From: Oligoflexales bacterium
Lineage (GTDB): Bacteria > Bdellovibrionota_B > Oligoflexia > Oligoflexales > Bog-1112
Direction: 5' to 3'
DNA length: 22,786 nt
NCBI GenBank assembly: GCA_045105515.1
Contig: JBGCDR010000155.1
Coordinates: 1-22,786, forward strand
Shown: in pieces, positions 18,458 to 22,786 of the stretch
How the letters are laid out: every line of letters begins with the position of its first letter
Position numbering within the stretch: position 1 is the first letter of the stretch
Made by a program: the position numbers and the translations under genes
Notes under the pieces: generated by a model
What the model saw: only the letters and a program-made list of their open reading frames with translations
What the model was told of the DNA's origin: nothing
The model's database searches: none

Positions 18458-19747
18458 ATGTTAAAATCATTGGATCTAGTAGCATCTGAAAACAAACAAA
18501 GCCCGTTGGTTCGAGCACTTCATTTAAGTAGTTACGGTGAAAAATATTATTTAAGCAACGAAATATTTGAAGATAAAAAAGACAGTCCTTATCCTGTAGA
18601 TGAATTTTTTCCCAAATTATTAATTGCAGGAAATAAATTGATTGCAGGCTTATTTAATGCCAATTGGTGTGATCCTCGACCATTATCGGGTACACACGCC
18701 ATGAACTGCTTATTGGCGGGTTTTGGGGACTTTGGTGATAATATTACAATAACTCCGGAGGTTAATAGTGGACATTTTGCTACTAGCTATATGGCTACTC
18801 GTCTAGGATTAAATAGTTCTTTTTCTTTGTATGACAAAGAAAAATATACTATTGATCCAATAAAGACAGCAGAGGTGATCAATACAAATAAGCCTTCGAT
18901 TGTAACATTAGATGCTAGCCATGTTTTATTTCCTCATCCATTAAAAGAGTTAAAGTCATATTTGAACTATAATCCTCTTATTGCATATGATGCCAGTCAC
19001 ACCATGGGCTTAATAGTGCATAAGATTTTTCAAGATCCATTTGAAGATGGTGCAGATATTATTCATGGAGGAACTCATAAGACATTTCCTGGTCCTCAAA
19101 AAGCAATATTCCTTGGAAAAAATGAAGAAATTCGTCAAAGAGTAGACGGTGTAATTTTTCCTAGATTTAGTTCTAATTTTCATTTACACCACATTATCAG
19201 CCTTTATGGTGCGGCATTGGAAGCTTTAGTATTTGGTAAATCATATGCAAACCAAGTTATCAAAAATGCTCAACATTTAGGTAAATGTATGCATGAAGCA
19301 GGACTTCCTGTAATGGCTGAGGATCATGGATTCACCAAATCTCATCAATTATGGTTAAATATTTCTGCTGATAAAGTTCCTCTACTAAATGAAATGGGAA
19401 TTCGAGCAACTGTTTTTGTCATTCCTGGAACTGATGGGCAACAAAAGGGGATTCGTCTCGGAACTCAAGCCATAACTAGGATGGGCTTCCAAGAGAAGGA
19501 TATGCAGGCCGTTGCAGGTTTTATTAAACAAGGTTTGATGGATAACAAGAACAGTAAACTTCTAAGGAATGAGGTTAGTGATTTTGTTAAAAAATTTGAA
19601 GGTATCTCTTTTGCTTTCAAAGATATTAAAGCAATTGTAGACGCCCATCCAGTTGGGGGTTTGTTGGCAGAGCATATGGAAGAAGGTGGATTAGACAAAA
19701 TATTTCAACACTTGGTCTGTGCTCCAACATTTTCAAACCAAAATTAA
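18458..19747 (+). CDS. SHMT-fold PLP enzyme, L-threonine transaldolase-like (LipK/ObiH/AbmH type)
   Basis: LDLVASEN, RPLSGTHAM, YDASHTMGL, GGTHKTFPGPQKA (canonical SHMT has TTTHKTLRGPRGG), TKSHQLW, GIRLGTQAITRMG. Confidence 0.85.
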   Translation: MLKSLDLVASENKQSPLVRALHLSSYGEKYYLSNEIFEDKKDSPYPVDEFFPKLLIAGNKLIAGLFNANWCDPRPLSGTHAMNCLLAGFGDFGDNITITPEVNSGHFATSYMATRLGLNSSFSLYDKEKYTIDPIKTAEVINTNKPSIVTLDASHVLFPHPLKELKSYLNYNPLIAYDASHTMGLIVHKIFQDPFEDGADIIHGGTHKTFPGPQKAIFLGKNEEIRQRVDGVIFPRFSSNFHLHHIISLYGAALEALVFGKSYANQVIKNAQHLGKCMHEAGLPVMAEDHGFTKSHQLWLNISADKVPLLNEMGIRATVFVIPGTDGQQKGIRLGTQAITRMGFQEKDMQAVAGFIKQGLMDNKNSKLLRNEVSDFVKKFEGISFAFKDIKAIVDAHPVGGLLAEHMEEGGLDKIFQHLVCAPTFSNQN

Positions 19748-20055
19748 TGGCGGTTAGTAGCTTTTTGTAAACGAGTTATTGAAATCTTTTTTGATACAAC
19801 CCAGTTTTGCCGGTAAACTTAAGCATAATGGCCCAGGTTATATAAGGCTCTAATTATATGCATTAAATGTTGCTATTACAGCTCTGATCACTTCCTGACC
19901 ATTGCTGTCCATTTTGTCCTTTTTGTCTATATAAAAGTTTGGAACAAGAAGCCACGAAAACGAGCAGAAATTTATATCGACTTCGAAAATTTTTAAGCCA
20001 CAATCCTCTTAAATTCATAAAAATACACTAGTGTTACGTAAAATAGAAAATCACC

Positions 20056-20184
20056 TTATAATAGACCTTTAAAATAAGTATCCTTTTCCTTTTTGCTTAG
20101 TCCATTAAAATCCTCAGAAACACCTGGAGGTAAGCACCTCCAAATCATGGATGGTGAGTTCCTATTTCGGTAGGTCTCCTGTGA
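20056..20184 (-). pseudogene. Possible 3' remnant of a gene cut by IS66
   Basis: A 42-codon frame (SQETYRNRNSPSMIWRCLPPGVSEDFNGLSKKEKDTYFKGLL*) stays open right up to the IS66-like end at 20185. Confidence 0.3.
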
Positions 20185-20202
20185 GTAAGCGCTTGTTCAT
20201 GA
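20185..20202 (+). repeat. 18-bp remnant of a second IS66 inverted repeat, in tandem with the IS66 left IR
   Basis: GTAAGCGCTTGTTCATGA is immediately followed by GTAAGCGCTCGTTTATGACCGT. Confidence 0.8.
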
Positions 20203-20287
20203 GTAAGCGCTCGTTTATGACCGTGTTTTAATCGTCAAAAAAAGCATTTATAACCGTATTGTTGTGTTTCATTTGAAAGGGTTATAA

Positions 20288-20635
20288 ATGGCTAAGAAGA
20301 AAAGTTTAAGTCGAGATATCTGGGAGATGCATATTTGGAAGTGGAGCAATAGTTCCCTCTCGATTACTAATTACTGCACGGAAAACTCTCTGTCGCGGCA
20401 GTCATTTTATAAGTGGAAAGGAATTTTCCACGATAAGACCCCAGAGAAAAGGGTGATTGAGCATCCTAAGAAGGAGGAATTTATTCCTGTAGAAGTTGCC
20501 CCCTCCAAAACTTTATCAAATAGCGGTCAAATTAAATTAAGCTTTACGTCAAATGACGGTCAGATATTCAGCCTAGAATCTTCGGACATGAATATGATGA
20601 TGAAATTATGCCAATTTCTCCAGGGTGCAAGATGA
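20288..20635 (+). CDS. tnpA: IS66 accessory protein TnpA
   Basis: W..HI..W..SSLSITNYC...LS..SFYKWK and FIPVEV; first ORF of the IS66. Confidence 0.9.
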   Translation: MAKKKSLSRDIWEMHIWKWSNSSLSITNYCTENSLSRQSFYKWKGIFHDKTPEKRVIEHPKKEEFIPVEVAPSKTLSNSGQIKLSFTSNDGQIFSLESSDMNMMMKLCQFLQGAR

Positions 20636-20982
20636 GATCCGTAGAAAGTTTTGAAAAGATATTTCTATATCCTAAGGCCGTTGATATGAGGAAACAAATA
20701 AATGGCTTGGCTCATATAGTGGAGTCGTCAGCTCTCAAACTTTTCAGCCCTAGCTTGTTTCTTTTTTCCAACCGTCACAGGAAGCTTGTTAAAGCCCTTT
20801 ACTGGGCTGACACCGGATTTTGTCTTTGGATGATGAAACTGGAAGAAAATCGTTTTCCTTGGCCCAAAAGCTCAGATAAACACCTTATTCTTTCTCCCGA
20901 GCAATTTAATTGGCTTATAAAAGGCGTGGATTTTAGCAAAATTAAGCCGCATCAAACCTTGCAATATGAGCGTTTTTCATAG
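20632..20982 (+). CDS. tnpB: IS66 accessory protein TnpB
   Basis: VDMRKQINGL, LFLFSNR, KALYWADTGFCLWMMKLE, FPWP. ATGA overlap with tnpA. Confidence 0.93.
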   Translation: MRSVESFEKIFLYPKAVDMRKQINGLAHIVESSALKLFSPSLFLFSNRHRKLVKALYWADTGFCLWMMKLEENRFPWPKSSDKHLILSPEQFNWLIKGVDFSKIKPHQTLQYERFS

Positions 20983-21016
20983 ATGAAACAGCGATTATTT
21001 TGTATACTTTTTTCTT

Positions 21017-22555
21017 ATGAAAACGAGAGAAAGCCTTCCAGAAAACCAAATAAATCCTCCTAACGAGCTAGTTAATTCACTAAAAAATCAGCTGGTTTGC
21101 AAACAAGAAACTATTGATCGTATGTCCACGCAGATCAAGAATCTTCATGCAGTTATTGATGGATTTAAGAGAGAAAAATTTGCGCCGAAATCTGAGGCTA
21201 TTCACCCAGGGCAGGGAACCTTGTTCAACGAGCCCGAGGTTCTGGTCACCGATAAGAAAAGTCATGAAGAACTTTCCCCAGTAAAGGGCTATAAAAAAAG
21301 AAAAGCCAGAAAAAAGACTTTATCCGATACGATTCCTCGAGAACAAAAAATCATAGACCTCACTCCGGACCAAAAAATCTGTTCTTGTGGCTGTGAGATG
21401 AAAAAAATTGGTGAGGATGTTAGCGAGAAAGTTGAGTATATTCCTCAAAAAGTAAAAGTCATTCAAAATATTCGCCCCAAATATTCCTGTCCTAAATGCA
21501 AGGAAAAAATAGTCCAAGAGCCAGCTCCAAAGGCTATTATTCAAAAGTCTTTTGCATCAGAATCATTGCTTGCTGCTATTATCACAGCAAAATACTGTGA
21601 TGGTCTCCCTCTATATAGGCAAGAGAGCATTTGGAAAAGAGCTGGGATCGAGCTTAAAAGAGCACGAATGGCTCACTGGATGATAAAAACCGCAAAAGAG
21701 CTAATGCCTCTATATAACCTTATTAAGGAGCACACTTTTTCATGGAATGTCGTGCATATCGATGAAACAGTCGTTCAAGTTTTAAAGGAAGAAGGAAGAT
21801 CTGCTGCAAGCAAGTCTTATGCTTGGATTGCTGCAAGAGCTGATGAAAAACCTTCGGTATATTTTGAGTATCATCCTAGTAGAAGCGGTAAAATAGCAGC
21901 TGAAATCCTCGATGCTTACTCGGGTTACGTGCTAACAGATGGCTACCGTGCCTATGATGTTGCCATGGCTGACCGCTATAAGAAGCATTGTGGCTGTTGG
22001 GACCATTGTAGGCGTGAGTTTTTTAAAGCATACGAAGCGGCAAAAAAAGATCCCAGTTCGCTGGCAGCCTACGCTCTCCATTACATAAGAATTCTATACC
22101 TAATTGAAAGAAGGGAGAAAGAGTCAAGCTCTTCACGAAGAAAAATTGCTCGCTCTCTTTATTCCAAGGCAGTCCTAGACCGACTTAAAAGTTGGATGCT
22201 CAGGAATATTGATAAGGTTCCCAAAACGTCAAATACGGGAAAAGCCCTTCATTACATGTATGGTCAGTGGGATAAGTTGACCCGCTTTCTTGAAAGTGGG
22301 GATGTTCCAATCTCCAATGAAAGAGCTGAAAATTCGATAAGACCTTTTGTAATTGGTAGGAAAGCATGGTTATTTTCAGATACTGTAGATGGTGCTGATG
22401 CTTCTATGTGCTTATACACTATTGTTGAGACAGCTAAAGCAAATGGTCACGAGCCATTTCACTACTACACTCGTATCCTAACAAAGATTCCTTACTGCAA
22501 AACCATTGAAGACTATGAAGCACTTCTTCCTTGGAACCTCAATCCAGAAAATTAA
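21017..22555 (+). CDS. tnpC: IS66 transposase TnpC
   Basis: Leucine-zipper region, Zn finger (CSCG...CPKC), KYCDGLPLYRQ, HIDET, TDGY, CWDHCRREF, SNERAENSIRPFVIGRKAWLFS. Confidence 0.96.
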   Translation: MKTRESLPENQINPPNELVNSLKNQLVCKQETIDRMSTQIKNLHAVIDGFKREKFAPKSEAIHPGQGTLFNEPEVLVTDKKSHEELSPVKGYKKRKARKKTLSDTIPREQKIIDLTPDQKICSCGCEMKKIGEDVSEKVEYIPQKVKVIQNIRPKYSCPKCKEKIVQEPAPKAIIQKSFASESLLAAIITAKYCDGLPLYRQESIWKRAGIELKRARMAHWMIKTAKELMPLYNLIKEHTFSWNVVHIDETVVQVLKEEGRSAASKSYAWIAARADEKPSVYFEYHPSRSGKIAAEILDAYSGYVLTDGYRAYDVAMADRYKKHCGCWDHCRREFFKAYEAAKKDPSSLAAYALHYIRILYLIERREKESSSSRRKIARSLYSKAVLDRLKSWMLRNIDKVPKTSNTGKALHYMYGQWDKLTRFLESGDVPISNERAENSIRPFVIGRKAWLFSDTVDGADASMCLYTIVETAKANGHEPFHYYTRILTKIPYCKTIEDYEALLPWNLNPEN

Positions 22556-22786
22556 TCATAGATAAAAAATCAAGCTAAATATGAATCGCGCAGTATTGCC
22601 TCGGGACGGTCAAAAACGAGCGCTTACCTTAATCTAGCAATCCGCCTTGCCTAAAACTTAATTTTCAACTAGGCAAAGATTAAAACCACCTAAGTCAGAA
22701 TATATAACTCAAACTTAAATTTGGATAATTACAATCTTTCATTAAATGACTAAAGCGTTCAAAAATAAGCGACTTATTACGGAATA

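Larger units (their letters stand above)
20203..22627 (+). mobile_element. IS66-family element, complete (tnpA-tnpB-tnpC)
   Basis: 22-bp IRs with 1 mismatch: GTAAGCGCTCGTTTATGACCGT and ACGGTCAAAAACGAGCGCTTAC (22606-22627). Three canonical ORFs. No 8-bp target duplication. Confidence 0.95.

Noticed and set aside
18458..19747. Housekeeping glyA call
   Set aside because: It lacks the TTTHKTLRGPRGG and YAEGYP SHMT signatures, and its motifs fit transaldolases.
19863..20018. 51-codon minus-strand ORF (MNLRGLWLK...)
   Set aside because: No clear RBS or recognisable motif, and an overlapping open frame makes the assignment ambiguous.
20126..20141. Hairpin GGAGGT-AAGC-ACCTCC containing GTAAGC
   Set aside because: It has a short 6-bp stem, no U-tract, and no further similarity to the IS66 IR, so chance cannot be excluded.
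20185..20224. Tandem 18-bp repeat as a mini CRISPR or iteron
   Set aside because: There are two units with no spacer, and both are explained as IS66 inverted repeats.
2167..21544. Short antisense ORFs nested in larger genes (2167, 3405, 5233, 6005, 8407, 9320, 9764, 15709, 15953, 17720, 18081, 19465, 21080, 21320)
   Set aside because: They are shadow ORFs on the opposite strand of well-supported CDSs.

Overview
An accessory island made of a 9-10 gene putative biosynthetic operon bracketed by mobile DNA. The left end (452-5777) is a nest of elements. It holds a 5'-truncated IS21 (istA remnant and istB), an intact-looking IS481/IS3-superfamily element, a 5'-truncated IS66, and a complete group II intron inserted exactly after the IS66 right inverted repeat. 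The intron's predicted EBS1 matches the IS66 terminus, and its domain V has an unusual AGG catalytic triad. Next come a divergent HTTM-protein pair, an intergenic 29-bp inverted repeat and mltB. The tightly coupled operon (8952-19747) encodes an anticodon-less AsnRS/AsnA-like ligase, an MccF-like S66 peptidase, a degenerate GlyRS paralog, two paralogous ATP-grasp ligases, an intact GlyRS, an MFS exporter, a DUF1460 cysteine hydrolase and an L-threonine-transaldolase-like PLP enzyme. This gene set suggests an undescribed GlyRS-targeting, Trojan-horse-type aaRS inhibitor pathway with built-in self-resistance. A complete IS66 (20203-22627) closes the window. All protein calls come from motif recognition by eye; no searches were run.
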